A DNA stretch of 64,000 bases from an uncultured Ruficoccus sp. (GCA_965140785.1 OZ223481.1:1-64000), one strand, 5' to 3'. Positions 1 through 9,211 are shown, counted from the stretch's first letter. The notes: generated from the sequence alone by a model not told the origin. Numbers and translations: made by a program.

Positions 1-82
1 CCTGCTGGCAATCGCCTTCGGCCTGATCGTCTCGACCGTCCAGCGCTACAAGGATTTCCATAAACAGGAGGCTGACTCATGA
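1..82 (+). CDS. C-terminal fragment of a membrane protein, possibly a sodium-dependent (NSS/SNF) transporter; partial
   Basis: Frame 2 reads LLAIAFGLIVSTVQRYKDFHKQEADS* (hydrophobic helix plus short tail). The stop overlaps the next ATG (ATGA). The family guess rests only on the small downstream ORF. Confidence 0.45.
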   Translation, partial: LLAIAFGLIVSTVQRYKDFHKQEADS

Positions 83-240
83 CTGCGGCAGGCTGGCTGG
101 TGATGATCCTCTCGGTCGGAACGGTCTGCGGACTGTTCGCCTGGTGCATGTGGAAAGTCATGAGCACGCCCAACGAAACCGAGCACATGAAAGGCATCCA
201 GGACCACACCCCGGATGTCGAAGAACCCGACCGGACCTAG
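79..240 (+). CDS. Small single-TM membrane protein (53 aa), MetS-like NSS transporter small subunit candidate
   Basis: Own translation MTAAGWLVMILSVGTVCGLFAWCMWKVMSTPNETEHMKGIQDHTPDVEEPDRT*. A GGAGG RBS lies at ~67-71 and the start is coupled to the upstream gene. Below the ORF-track size cutoff. Confidence 0.7.
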   Translation: MTAAGWLVMILSVGTVCGLFAWCMWKVMSTPNETEHMKGIQDHTPDVEEPDRT

Positions 241-260
241 AGCTTTTTAACTCAGGTCAT

Positions 261-332
261 AGCCACTAAGAGGCGCAAAAAGCACAAAAGATTTTTCCTT
301 TTCACCTTCTGTGCCCTTGGTGTCTCTGTGGT
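261..332. repeat. Intergenic imperfect palindromic (REP-like) element, family A
   Basis: Its reverse complement (accacagagacaccaagggcacagaagg...) aligns by eye with 34948-35017 (accacagagacactaaggacacagaggg...). Confidence 0.7.
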
Positions 333-354
333 TAAGAATAAAAGCCGTTCGACC

Positions 355-1305
355 CTACTGGTCGGCGTTCATTTCCAGCGCCTGGTCTTTTCCCGGCACA
401 GGGACGGTCTTGTCGGCGTCCACGCCGGTGGTGAGGATGTAGGTCTTTCCCTGGTACTGCGCCTTGCAGGCCACGTACCACTTGGGAGCGGCGGTGCCCG
501 ATCCCGTATCATCATCCCCTCCCCAGTAGCCATAGACCCAGATATCCCCGTCGCTGTTGAGCGCCTTGCCAATGAGCCCATAGATAAATTTCGCCACGTG
601 GGCCTCGTAGTTGGAGGGGTCCTGCGGCTGGTACGTGCCGGTGTTGAAAACCACTTTTCCACTCTGGTCCAACACGTACAGGTACGAGTTCAGGTAATCG
701 TACATCCAACTGTTCCCGGCGTGTTGGCGTAAACCTTCCAGCCCCCGGAGGTTGAGCATGGTGACCGCGTCATGGAGGACGGATTCCACGAACAAGCGCT
801 CCATGCCCCAGTCATTGGCCCCTGCGGCCAGGAGGTAGTCCCCCTCCTTCAGCCCGTTAGCCACCAGCACGAAGTACGAGCCGGCCTGGGAGGAGTCCGA
901 GCCGGTCCCGGAGAACAAATCCTTGCCGACGGAGTTAGAGGAACCGGCCTGCACCTGGCTGAAAAATTTGCTCCCGAAGACCTTGCCGTTGATATTCGCG
1001 GGCGAGAGGTATTCGGGCGCCTTGGCTTTACCGGGCCGGGGCGCAGCCACGATCTCCCCGCTTCGGATCTCGATGACGAAAATACCGTAGCTCCCGGAAG
1101 ACGGCCCCGAGGAGAGCTCCTGCAGCGTGCCCGCGAAGTCCTGCCGCAGCTTTTTCTCCGTGTGTTTGAGGTTGTAGATGACCTCTGAATTGGTGAGAGA
1201 GGACGCGTAGCCCGTATCAACATCGGCGCCCATTATCCCATCGAACTGGGCGAAGGAGGCTTGAACCGTGAATAGGAATAAAACGAAGAGAGTCTGGCAT
1301 CTCAT
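355..1305 (-). CDS. Secreted protein with probable tandem Cache-like domains
   Basis: Signal peptide (…VQASFA|QF). Two segments fit the Cache pattern: YGIFVIEIRSGEIVAAP and SYLYVLDQSGKVVFN…IWVYGYW…KWYVAC…YILTTG. Confidence 0.55.
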   Translation of the reverse strand: MRCQTLFVLFLFTVQASFAQFDGIMGADVDTGYASSLTNSEVIYNLKHTEKKLRQDFAGTLQELSSGPSSGSYGIFVIEIRSGEIVAAPRPGKAKAPEYLSPANINGKVFGSKFFSQVQAGSSNSVGKDLFSGTGSDSSQAGSYFVLVANGLKEGDYLLAAGANDWGMERLFVESVLHDAVTMLNLRGLEGLRQHAGNSWMYDYLNSYLYVLDQSGKVVFNTGTYQPQDPSNYEAHVAKFIYGLIGKALNSDGDIWVYGYWGGDDDTGSGTAAPKWYVACKAQYQGKTYILTTGVDADKTVPVPGKDQALEMNADQ

Positions 1306-1504
1306 AGGATCAGCAAATTGGGATTAACCGTAATCGATTGATATTCACCAAGGAAACGCATCCTATTTATGCGACAAAATGCCCGCTGCGCAAGTGCTGC
1401 GTCAATGCCGCGGAAAGAGTTTACAAAAGGAGTCCCTCACGGCGCACCTGGCCTGGGCGTTTTACATTTCTGTATCATAAGGAGGCTGGCCCGGCAAAGG
1501 AAGC

Positions 1505-2835
1505 TCAGCCCAACACTTCGACCAGTTCGCCCTCGACGAAATCGGCACTGACGCGCTGGAGGCGGACGCGACCCAGGCGGTTGCGGACCTTGAGCGGATC
1601 GGACATGGGGACGACGACGCGTACGTAGTTGTCGGTCAGGCCCGGGGCAATGCCCTCGCGGGGGTCCTCGAAGAGGACGCGCATCTCGCGGCCCAGGTGC
1701 TCCTCGTGCCAACGGCGGCGCAGGCGCTCGGCCAGGGCCCGCAGGCGGGCGGAACGGCGATGACGTTCGCGCATGGTCACGTGGTCGTCGCGGCGGGCGG
1801 CCAGGGTGCCCTCCCGCTCGGAGTAGGTAAAGACGTGTGCCCAGGCCACCGGGTTGTCCAGCAGCAGGCGGCAACTGGCCTGAAAATCCTCCTCCGTCTC
1901 GCCGGGAAAACCGACCATGACATCGGTTCCAATAAACAGATCCGGCACCGCCTGAGCCGCCCGCTGGACGAAGTCCGCCCACTCGGAGAATCGTAGCGGC
2001 GGCGCATTTCCCCCAGAATGCGATCCGAACCGCTCTGGAGCGGCAGGTGCAGGTAAGGCAGCAGCGCGTGTGCCGGGTCGGCCATGCGCTCAAAAAGCTC
2101 CCACGGCACTGTGGTCGGCTCGATGCTGCTGATACGGATGCGGTCCAGCCCGTCCACTGCGTCGAGAGCGTCGACCAGCCCGAGCACGTCCAGACCCGAG
2201 TTGGCGTAGGTGCCGATGTTGACCCCGGTCAGGACCAGTTCGCGCACCCCGCGGGCGACCTGGCTGTCCACCTCGCGCATGAGGTCGGCCAAATCGCGGC
2301 TGCGGGCCCGTCCCCGGGCGAAGGGGATGATACAGAACGAGCAGACGAAGTCGCAGCCGTCCTGCACTTTCAGGTTGGCCCGCTGGTTGAACGGACGCTC
2401 CCCGGCGAAATTCATAGTGAAGTCGCGCCGGTCGATCTTCTCGCGCACGATAACGGGCAGCTCGTTTTTGGTCCCGTCGCCGATGTAGTCGAGCACCCCG
2501 AGCTTGTCCTGATTGCCGACGATGAGGTCCACCCCGTCGATCCCGGCCACTTCCTTCGCGCCCATCTGGGAGTAGCAACCGACCACGGCGGTAAAGGCCC
2601 CGGGGTTGCGCTTGACGAAGTTGCGGATGCTCTGGCGGCACTTCGAATCGGCCTGCGCAGTGACGGTGCAGGTGTTGATGATGCCCAGCTCGGCGTCCTG
2701 CCCAAAGGGCACGATCTCGTAGCCCGCTTCGGTCAACTTTTCACGCAGCGCGTGCGTCTCACTCTGGTTGAGACGGCAACCCAGCGTATGCAGGCTGGCG
2801 CGCGCGGGGCGCTTCTGGCGAGCAGAGGAAGTCAT
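1505..2835 (-). CDS. mtaB: tRNA t6A37 methylthiotransferase MtaB (radical SAM), frameshifted near 1990
   Basis: TLGCRLNQSE, INTCTVT, radical-SAM motif KVQDGCDFVCSFC, LHLPLQSGSD. The C-terminal half (TDVMVGFPGETEEDF…HVFTYSEREGT…GLTDNY) is in another frame; adding one T at GAT-T(T)C-TCC-GAG restores it. Confidence 0.9.
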
Positions 2836-2880
2836 TGGTCACTCGTCATTGGTCATGGGTAATTGGCCAATGTCAATGGG
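2831..2880. repeat. Degenerate 7-nt tandem repeat (gtcattg-like)
   Basis: gtcattg gtcactc gtcattg gtcatgg gtaattg gccaatg at and upstream of the mtaB start. Confidence 0.55.
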
Positions 2881-2953
2881 AATGAGCCGGACAGCCAGGA
2901 GGCTCGCGACTTGGCTGCGTGCGCTGCCTCAGCGGGCGCTGCTGCTGTCCAGC

Positions 2954-3352
2954 TCAGGCGATCTTCTTTTCGATCTCCTCCAAGGCCCGGTCGTGCTCGA
3001 AGCGCACCAGGTCCGGCACGGCCTCGTAATCCTTGAACACACCCGCGTCGATCTGCTCCTCGATCCGGCGACAGAGGATGGACAGGCGCAGGAGGCCGGT
3101 GTTGGCCGCGCTGCCGGCGACGAAGTGAATGCTCTTGCGCAGTTCCATCGGGTCGCGAGCCCCGGCGTGGGTGGCGATTTCCTCCATCTTGGGGAGCGAC
3201 TCGGAGCGGAAGGTGTCCACCACTTCGCGCAAAAAGTCCGGCTCGCTGTCCGCAGCTTCCAGCAGGAGGTTTATCTGTTCCTGATCAAGGAGTTCAACGT
3301 CTGGCGCGAGAGCAAAAAGGTTCGATTCCTGGGCAAGTAAGTGGTCCGACAT
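2954..3352 (-). CDS. Hpt (histidine phosphotransfer) domain protein
   Basis: Helical protein with the Hpt motif LRKSIHFVAGSAANTGL. Start taken at MSDHLLA. Confidence 0.85.
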   Translation of the reverse strand: MSDHLLAQESNLFALAPDVELLDQEQINLLLEAADSEPDFLREVVDTFRSESLPKMEEIATHAGARDPMELRKSIHFVAGSAANTGLLRLSILCRRIEEQIDAGVFKDYEAVPDLVRFEHDRALEEIEKKIA

Positions 3353-3548
3353 GGATTGGGATGGGCTAGGCAGAGAGGCGGGGGATCCTGGATAACACAT
3401 TAATAATGAACACTCAACAGGCTAGAGTATTTAGGGCCTGTTTAAATAAAGACTTTAAAAGGCCCCAAAGGGTCTTTCGGCCCAAAAAAGTGGATGTTGT
3501 TCGAATAATTCTCATGCATCCAGCTTTTCTTGTTACGGGGCTATCTCG

Positions 3549-3914
3549 CTAGTCACTGAGCAGTTCGCTGATCCGGTTGATCAGGATGGTGGGGCTGAAA
3601 GGCTTGGTGAAGACGGTGCTGGCTCCGGCTTCGAGCAGTTCGTGACGCGTACTGCCCTTGCCCTGGCCGGTCACCACGATGATCGGTATCTCCTCCAGCT
3701 CGCTGTCGCCCTTGAAGTCCATGATCAGCTCCAGGCCGGAGCGGCCCGGCAGCATCAGGTCGAAGATGGCCAGGTCGGGATGCACCTCGTGGGCCTTGGC
3801 CGCCACGGACAGGCCCTCGCGGCAGATTTCCACCCGGTAGCCGGCTCGCTTGAGATTGAACTCAAGCAGCTTTACCATAACAGGGTCGTCGTCGGCGATA
3901 AGGATAGTCTTCAT
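3549..3914 (-). CDS. Single-domain response regulator (CheY-like receiver)
   Basis: MKTILIADDD, PDLAIFDLMLPG (phospho-Asp), IIVVTG, FTKPFS. Overlaps the upstream stop by 4 nt. Confidence 0.92.
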   Translation of the reverse strand: MKTILIADDDPVMVKLLEFNLKRAGYRVEICREGLSVAAKAHEVHPDLAIFDLMLPGRSGLELIMDFKGDSELEEIPIIVVTGQGKGSTRHELLEAGASTVFTKPFSPTILINRISELLSD

Positions 3915-5620
3915 GGAGTGCGGGGAGGGGTATTTTCCCAGATGAGTAGGGTCTGGTCGTCCCGGGTATCTTCTATATCGGGACATTCCCGCTGCATTTT
4001 AGCCTGAAGTTTGTTCCAAAATTCTCCGGGGCCGATGGCGGCCTCTGCCCGGACGAAGGAAAGGAAGGCCTCCCAACCCCAGACACCGGCCTCGGTCTCC
4101 CATTCATACAGGCCGTCCGTGATCATGAGCAGGCGGTCACCGGAAGAAATCGTAAAGGTGTCGCACTGGTAGCGCGCATCGTCAAAAAGTCCAAAAGGCG
4201 GGCCCGAAGGGTGGGATTCGCGCATCTGACCGGCCTTATCCATCAACAGCACCGGGCAGTGCCCGGCGTTGACCAGCTCGATCCGGTCCAGCGAGGCCGG
4301 CAGTCGCGCCAGCGCGCAGGTGGCGAAAAGCGTCATGTCCCCAACCTGCTGGCAAAGCACGCGGTTCAGTGTCTGAGCCAGCCCCAGCAGGGTGTAGTCC
4401 ATGTTGAGGATGATGTTGAAAGCCGTGCGGAACATCGCGGCCAGAAAAGCAGCCGAAACCCCCTTCCCCATCACGTCCACCACGGCGAAAAACGTGTCGC
4501 CATTCTCGACACGCTGGGCCTCCAGGTAGTCCCCCGCCACGTCCCGGGCCGAGCGGCGGACCGTGAAAACCTGCCACTGTGGCGGGCAGGTGATGGTGGG
4601 CAGCGGGAGGAGGGTTTTTTGGATTTCGGCGGCGATCTCCAGCTCCTGAAACGCCCGCTGCTCGCGGGTGCGCACAATGGTGTTGTCGGCGTTGGCCAGA
4701 GCGATGCCGAAAAGGTCGGAGAAGGTCCGCACGTTATTCATCTCGCCCGCGTTGAAGTACGGCAGCTCTTTGCGCACGACAGAGAAGACCCCGTAGAGCT
4801 TACCCCCGGCCTGGACCGGGCAGCAGATGCCGCAGGCGTAGGCGGAGAGGTGGGGGTCGTCGGCCACCTCCTCGGTATCCTCCCAGACCAGCTCGGTCCG
4901 GGTCTGCACCACCTCCCCCAGACGCCCCTCCAGCCCGCTCCACATACGGGTAAAAGGCTGGGCCGACATCTCCTCGTGCAGCGGCTCCTGCAGTGAGTCT
5001 CTGAAAAAGAGCGTCATGCGCGCGCCGCCGACCACTTTTTTCAGGTCGTCGATGGCCTGCGAAATAAAGTGGGTAACGCTCTCGGCGCGGACCAGCCCGT
5101 CCCCGAGCCGGTAAAAAGCCGCCAGGCTCTCGTAGCAAACCGACAGCTCGTTGAGCGTCTGCTCAAGCACGGTGTCGATCTCGTCCTCGACATTGATCTC
5201 CGCGTGGAGCTTGTGCACACGCAGGCAGTAGCCGTGCTGGCTTTTCCAGTGCTCGAGGCGGTCAGCGAAATTCTCGATCAGGAACATCCCGCGCCCGTGG
5301 GGTTGATAGGGGTCCTCCGGCAACTCCGGACTGCGAATGACTTCCTCCGCGGGGCCCGGGCCGGGGTCCTTCACCTCCAGCAGCACCTCCTGCCCGTGGC
5401 TCATCCACTTGACATCGACGCTCAGGTTAGGGTCGTTCTTGCACCCGTGCTGGATGGCGTTGACCACCGCCTCGCTCAGCACCAGTTGCCAGAAGCCGAG
5501 CAGCTTGTCATCGACGCCCAGATCGCGCAGAAACAGACCGAAGTCCTCCCGCAGGGTTTCGACCAGCTCCACCCGGGCGCTGAAGGTGCGAAAATCGCCT
5601 TTTACCGGTTCATCTGCCAT
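3911..5620 (-). CDS. RsbW-like Ser kinase (HATPase_c) - GAF - SpoIIE/PP2C phosphatase fusion
   Basis: N-terminal LSEAVVNAIQHG…VKDPGPG…HGRGMFLI; central GAF-like ICCPVQAGGKLYGVF; C-terminal ELEIAAEIQ…VAGDY…VVDVMGKG…NAGH…ITDGLYE…DDQT. Confidence 0.88.
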   Translation of the reverse strand: MADEPVKGDFRTFSARVELVETLREDFGLFLRDLGVDDKLLGFWQLVLSEAVVNAIQHGCKNDPNLSVDVKWMSHGQEVLLEVKDPGPGPAEEVIRSPELPEDPYQPHGRGMFLIENFADRLEHWKSQHGYCLRVHKLHAEINVEDEIDTVLEQTLNELSVCYESLAAFYRLGDGLVRAESVTHFISQAIDDLKKVVGGARMTLFFRDSLQEPLHEEMSAQPFTRMWSGLEGRLGEVVQTRTELVWEDTEEVADDPHLSAYACGICCPVQAGGKLYGVFSVVRKELPYFNAGEMNNVRTFSDLFGIALANADNTIVRTREQRAFQELEIAAEIQKTLLPLPTITCPPQWQVFTVRRSARDVAGDYLEAQRVENGDTFFAVVDVMGKGVSAAFLAAMFRTAFNIILNMDYTLLGLAQTLNRVLCQQVGDMTLFATCALARLPASLDRIELVNAGHCPVLLMDKAGQMRESHPSGPPFGLFDDARYQCDTFTISSGDRLLMITDGLYEWETEAGVWGWEAFLSFVRAEAAIGPGEFWNKLQAKMQRECPDIEDTRDDQTLLIWENTPPRTP

Positions 5621-5747
5621 AGTTCGAGGACGTAAAGGGGTTAGCAAACGCCATGTGCGCTATCATGGCAGTTTCGCCGCCAAGGCCAAGCCTATCCGAA
5701 ACGGCCTTGACACACGGAACGACTAAAGCTCTGCTCATGATTACAAA

Positions 5748-6065
5748 ATGGCTGACTATACCTTTAAGCTGACCGAGGGCGGCACGCAGCTGCTCATCAC
5801 CATTGGCGCGACAAAGTTCGACGCCTCCTGTGTCAGTGAATTCAAGCAGCAGTTGGAAGATACCTGGCAGGACACGATCATTCATGTGGATATCGACTTT
5901 TCTCAGGTGGACTTTATCGATAGTTCGGGCATTGGCGCCCTGCTGGGGGTGCAAAAGCGCCTGCGCGGCGACGGCCAGCCCATCCGCGTGCTCAACGCCA
6001 AGCCCAATGTGGTCAGCGTGATCGAGCTGCTGCGCCTGCACCGCGTTTTCTCCATCAGCGAGTAG
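5748..6065 (+). CDS. STAS-domain anti-sigma factor antagonist (RsbV/SpoIIAA-like)
   Basis: IDFSQVDFIDSSGIGALL with the conserved phosphorylatable Ser; divergent from the kinase/phosphatase gene. Confidence 0.9.
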   Translation: MADYTFKLTEGGTQLLITIGATKFDASCVSEFKQQLEDTWQDTIIHVDIDFSQVDFIDSSGIGALLGVQKRLRGDGQPIRVLNAKPNVVSVIELLRLHRVFSISE

Positions 6066-6117
6066 CGCACCTGAGCGGTCATTTTCGCGCTCGGCTTGCG
6101 CCGGAAAGCTGGCACGT

Positions 6118-6498
6118 TTATCCGACCGTCCCATCCTTGCGCTGGTGCAGCCCCATACGGTTCCCGTCGGGGTCCAAAAAGCCGCCCATGAAGCAAACCG
6201 GCGTCTCCATCGGCCCGTACAGGACGGTCACGCCCTGGGCCTTCAGGTGCTCCACCGCCTTGGCCACATCGTCCACTGCCAGGTACACCATACCGCCTGG
6301 CACAGGATCGCGGCCTTCGAATACCTGGGGCGGGTACAGCGCCAGTGTGCCGTTGCCCAAGTCGAACTCCGCCCACTGAAAGTCCCCGTCATCGTGGAGC
6401 ATTTCCAGCTTCAGCCCAACCGTATCGCGGTAAAACACCACGCTGCGTTGGAGGTCGGAAACCTCGTAGGAAACAAAATCGACCGCCTTGACTTGCAT
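6118..6498 (-). CDS. VOC/glyoxalase family protein
   Basis: VSDLQRSVVFYRDTVGL…VYLAVDDV…FLDPDGNRMGLH. Start taken at MQVKAV. Confidence 0.88.
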   Translation of the reverse strand: MQVKAVDFVSYEVSDLQRSVVFYRDTVGLKLEMLHDDGDFQWAEFDLGNGTLALYPPQVFEGRDPVPGGMVYLAVDDVAKAVEHLKAQGVTVLYGPMETPVCFMGGFLDPDGNRMGLHQRKDGTVG

Positions 6499-6566
6499 GG
6501 CGCAAAAGTAGCAAAACCCCGGCGCCACGTCGATGCGAAAGGTCGGTAAGAGCGGCCCGGCAATGA

Positions 6567-7640
6567 TCAGAACCGTGACCGCCCCGGCTCCGGCTTCGCG
6601 TCGGGCTCGAACCAGACAGCATTGCGGCAGGGGCCCGGCAGTTGCCAGACCTCGCGCTTGCGCGTGTCGAGCACGCACAGGCAGTGATCGTGCCGGTACA
6701 GGGGCGCGTCCGGCTCGCTCCCGGCAGAGCGTTTGACCCGGCGCGTCAGGCAGACCGCCAGGTAGCGCCCGTCGCGGGTGGCCGCCGGCGACCGGGCGTA
6801 GCGGATATCCGGGTGGGCGTTCGCGGCCAGCGCCAGGACCCGCTCGGACCGCCCTTCGGCCAGTGAGTAATAAAAAAGGTCTCCGCTGCTTTCGCTGAAC
6901 CAGAATCCCTTCCCCTCGCCGTCCCAAAGCGGATGGTGCCCGCGCGGGTGGAGCGGCTCCAGTCGGTCGGCGGCCAGGTCCCAGAGCACGATGCCCGAGC
7001 CACCGAGCAAGGCCTTGTCACCACTTGGGTGATAACAACCGCCCCGCCCTTCCGGCAACCCCGGCCCGGCCAACCGCCGCAGACGCTTGCCGGAAAATTC
7101 GATCACCTGATAGCCCTCCACCCCATAAAAAAGCACCTCCCGGCGCGTAGGATGGATATCCAGCGGCAGAAATGCGTCACGAGGCAGTGACACCAGGAGC
7201 GATTTCATTTTACCCAAATCGAAAATACCAAGCTGGTGTTGGATATTGACGCCCTCGCCGGGCATGTCCGTGGCCACCAGCCCCAGCAACGCGTCGTGCC
7301 GGGGCAGGTAGCGCAGCATCCACAGCGCCCACTGGTTGAGCCCGAGTCGAAAGAGGCGACTGCCCGTGCCCTGCTCCAAGTGCCAGGCCCGCAGCTCGCT
7401 AAAATCCTTCTGCTGGCACCCCTGGGGCGAAGCGTAGCCATAGACCATTCGACGAGTAGTATCGACGGCCAGCGGACAGTCCACCAGGCCGACATCGCCG
7501 AGTGCCTGCGGCTCCGCGAAGTCCGTCTCCGCGCACATCAACCGGGGCCCGGCCTGCCACAGGAGCTTCGCCCCGGTGGCGCGTGGCGGCACGGCCTGCC
7601 ACTCCGGGCCGAGCAGCAGGGGTAACTTCGTCGCGGGCAT
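6567..7640 (-). CDS. Hypothetical protein, probable beta-propeller (TolB/WD-like)
   Basis: Repeated blade-like motifs (HPSGDKAL, WDGEGKGFWF, ATRDGRYLAV). Start taken at MPATKLP. Confidence 0.6.
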   Translation of the reverse strand: MPATKLPLLLGPEWQAVPPRATGAKLLWQAGPRLMCAETDFAEPQALGDVGLVDCPLAVDTTRRMVYGYASPQGCQQKDFSELRAWHLEQGTGSRLFRLGLNQWALWMLRYLPRHDALLGLVATDMPGEGVNIQHQLGIFDLGKMKSLLVSLPRDAFLPLDIHPTRREVLFYGVEGYQVIEFSGKRLRRLAGPGLPEGRGGCYHPSGDKALLGGSGIVLWDLAADRLEPLHPRGHHPLWDGEGKGFWFSESSGDLFYYSLAEGRSERVLALAANAHPDIRYARSPAATRDGRYLAVCLTRRVKRSAGSEPDAPLYRHDHCLCVLDTRKREVWQLPGPCRNAVWFEPDAKPEPGRSRF

Positions 7641-7689
7641 ACACCCAACGTGCAGAACGCTCCCGGTGAAGTCAAACCCGCGCGCTCCG

Positions 7690-7799
7690 GCTGGAGCAGC
7701 AATCAGGCGGGTTACACCCGCAGGCTTTGAGGAGCTGAGCCCCTGCGGCCGACCCCGGTAACGATTGCACCTGCGGGATAACAACCCTCTGACTCCAGC
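7690..7799. ncRNA. Candidate structured cis-regulatory RNA (family not recognised)
   Basis: Four nested stems: 7690-7696/7793-7799, 7699-7704/7763-7768, 7711-7715/7758-7762, 7718-7724/7742-7748. Lies between divergent genes, upstream of the NCS2 permease. Confidence 0.4.
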
Positions 7800-7876
7800 A
7801 AGGCCCCTGTTATTTGCCATGCAGGGCGAGTGCTTTCGCATTTGCCTCGACGGGCAACTTTCCCCAAACAGGCAGC

Positions 7877-9211
7877 ATGCTGGATCGTGTCTTTCGCCTG
7901 AGCCAGAACGGCACCCATGCCCGCCGGGAAATTGTCGCCGGGCTGACCACCTTTGCCGCCATGGCCTACATCCTGGCGCTCAACCCGGCCATCCTGGCCA
8001 GCGGCGGAGCCACCGGCATGCACCTGGAGGGATTGATCACGGTCACCGCCCTGGCCGCCGCGGCGGGCTGTTTCCTCATGGCCGCCCTGACCAACTACCC
8101 CATCGCCCAGGCGCCCGGGATGGGGCTCAACAGCTACTTCGCCGCCATCATCGTGATCCAGATGGGCGTGCCCTGGGAGGGGGCGCTGGCCATGGTTTTC
8201 TGGAACGGTGTGCTCTTCTTCGCACTCTCGATCACCGGCCTGCGCACGCGTATCGTCCACGCCCTCCCCCGCCCGCTCCACATTGGCATCCAGAGCGGAA
8301 TCGGCTTTTTTATCGCTTTCATCGGCTTTCAGAATGCCGGGCTGGTCGTCGATTCCGCCCAGACGCTGGTGGCCGAGGGTAATATCTTTGCCCCCGCCCC
8401 GCTGTGCGCACTGGTCGGGTTACTGCTGATCATCGTGCTGACCCGCTTCCGTGTGCCCGGTGCAATCATCGCCGTCGTGCTGCTGATTACGCTGGCCGGG
8501 CTGCTCATCCCCACCGGAAACGCCACGCTGACAGCCCGCCCCGACGGGGTTTTCTCGCTGCCCGCCGGGATCGGACAGACGTTTTTCGCGCTGGATTGGC
8601 TCTATCCCTTCCGCCACTTCGAGGCGGCCCTACCGGTTATCTTTACTCTGCTGTTGCTGGACTTATTCGACTCCATCGGGACGCTCGTCGGGCTGGCCCG
8701 CCAATCCGGCCTGATGGACAAGGACGGGCGCATGCCCAAGCTCGGACGCGCCCTCAGCGCCGACGCCGCCGCCACCGTGGTCGGGGCGCTTCTGGGGACC
8801 TCCACCACCACGGCCTACCTGGAGTCCGCCACCGGGATGCAGGCTGGCGGCCGTACCGGCCTGACCGCCGTCGTCACCGGCCTGTGCTTTCTGTTCGCGC
8901 TTTTTCTGACGCCGGTGATCGGCATCATCCCCGCCGCCGCGACCGCTCCGGCGCTGATTTTTGTCGGCCTGCTCATGGCCAAGGGCTTGAGCGAGCTCGA
9001 CTACGGCAACATGCTCGAAGCCGCCCCGGCCGTCCTGACCGCTCTGCTTATCCCGCTATGCTTCAGCATCACAGGCGGCATCGCGCTGGGTCTGCTGCTG
9101 TACTGCGCGGCCATGCTGCTGGCTGGACGCGGGCGCGAACTCTCCTGGCTGACTTACGTCATTGCGGGCGTCTTCGTGCTGTTCTTTATCCTTAGCCAGC
9201 ATGCGGCCTGA
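7877..9211 (+). CDS. NCS2 family (AzgA/PbuG-type) purine permease
   Basis: EIVAGLTTFAAMAYILALNP, PIAQAPGMGLNSYF, DLFDSIGTL, YLESATGMQAGGRTGLTA; about 12 TM helices. Confidence 0.92.
   Translation: MLDRVFRLSQNGTHARREIVAGLTTFAAMAYILALNPAILASGGATGMHLEGLITVTALAAAAGCFLMAALTNYPIAQAPGMGLNSYFAAIIVIQMGVPWEGALAMVFWNGVLFFALSITGLRTRIVHALPRPLHIGIQSGIGFFIAFIGFQNAGLVVDSAQTLVAEGNIFAPAPLCALVGLLLIIVLTRFRVPGAIIAVVLLITLAGLLIPTGNATLTARPDGVFSLPAGIGQTFFALDWLYPFRHFEAALPVIFTLLLLDLFDSIGTLVGLARQSGLMDKDGRMPKLGRALSADAAATVVGALLGTSTTTAYLESATGMQAGGRTGLTAVVTGLCFLFALFLTPVIGIIPAAATAPALIFVGLLMAKGLSELDYGNMLEAAPAVLTALLIPLCFSITGGIALGLLLYCAAMLLAGRGRELSWLTYVIAGVFVLFFILSQHAA

Noticed and set aside
7730..7790. TPP riboswitch (gctgag…gaccc…acctg…ggataa)
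   Set aside because: The fragments resemble TPP motifs, but CUGAGA, ACCUGAU and the GCGNAGGGA 3' end are missing. Retained only as an unknown structured RNA.
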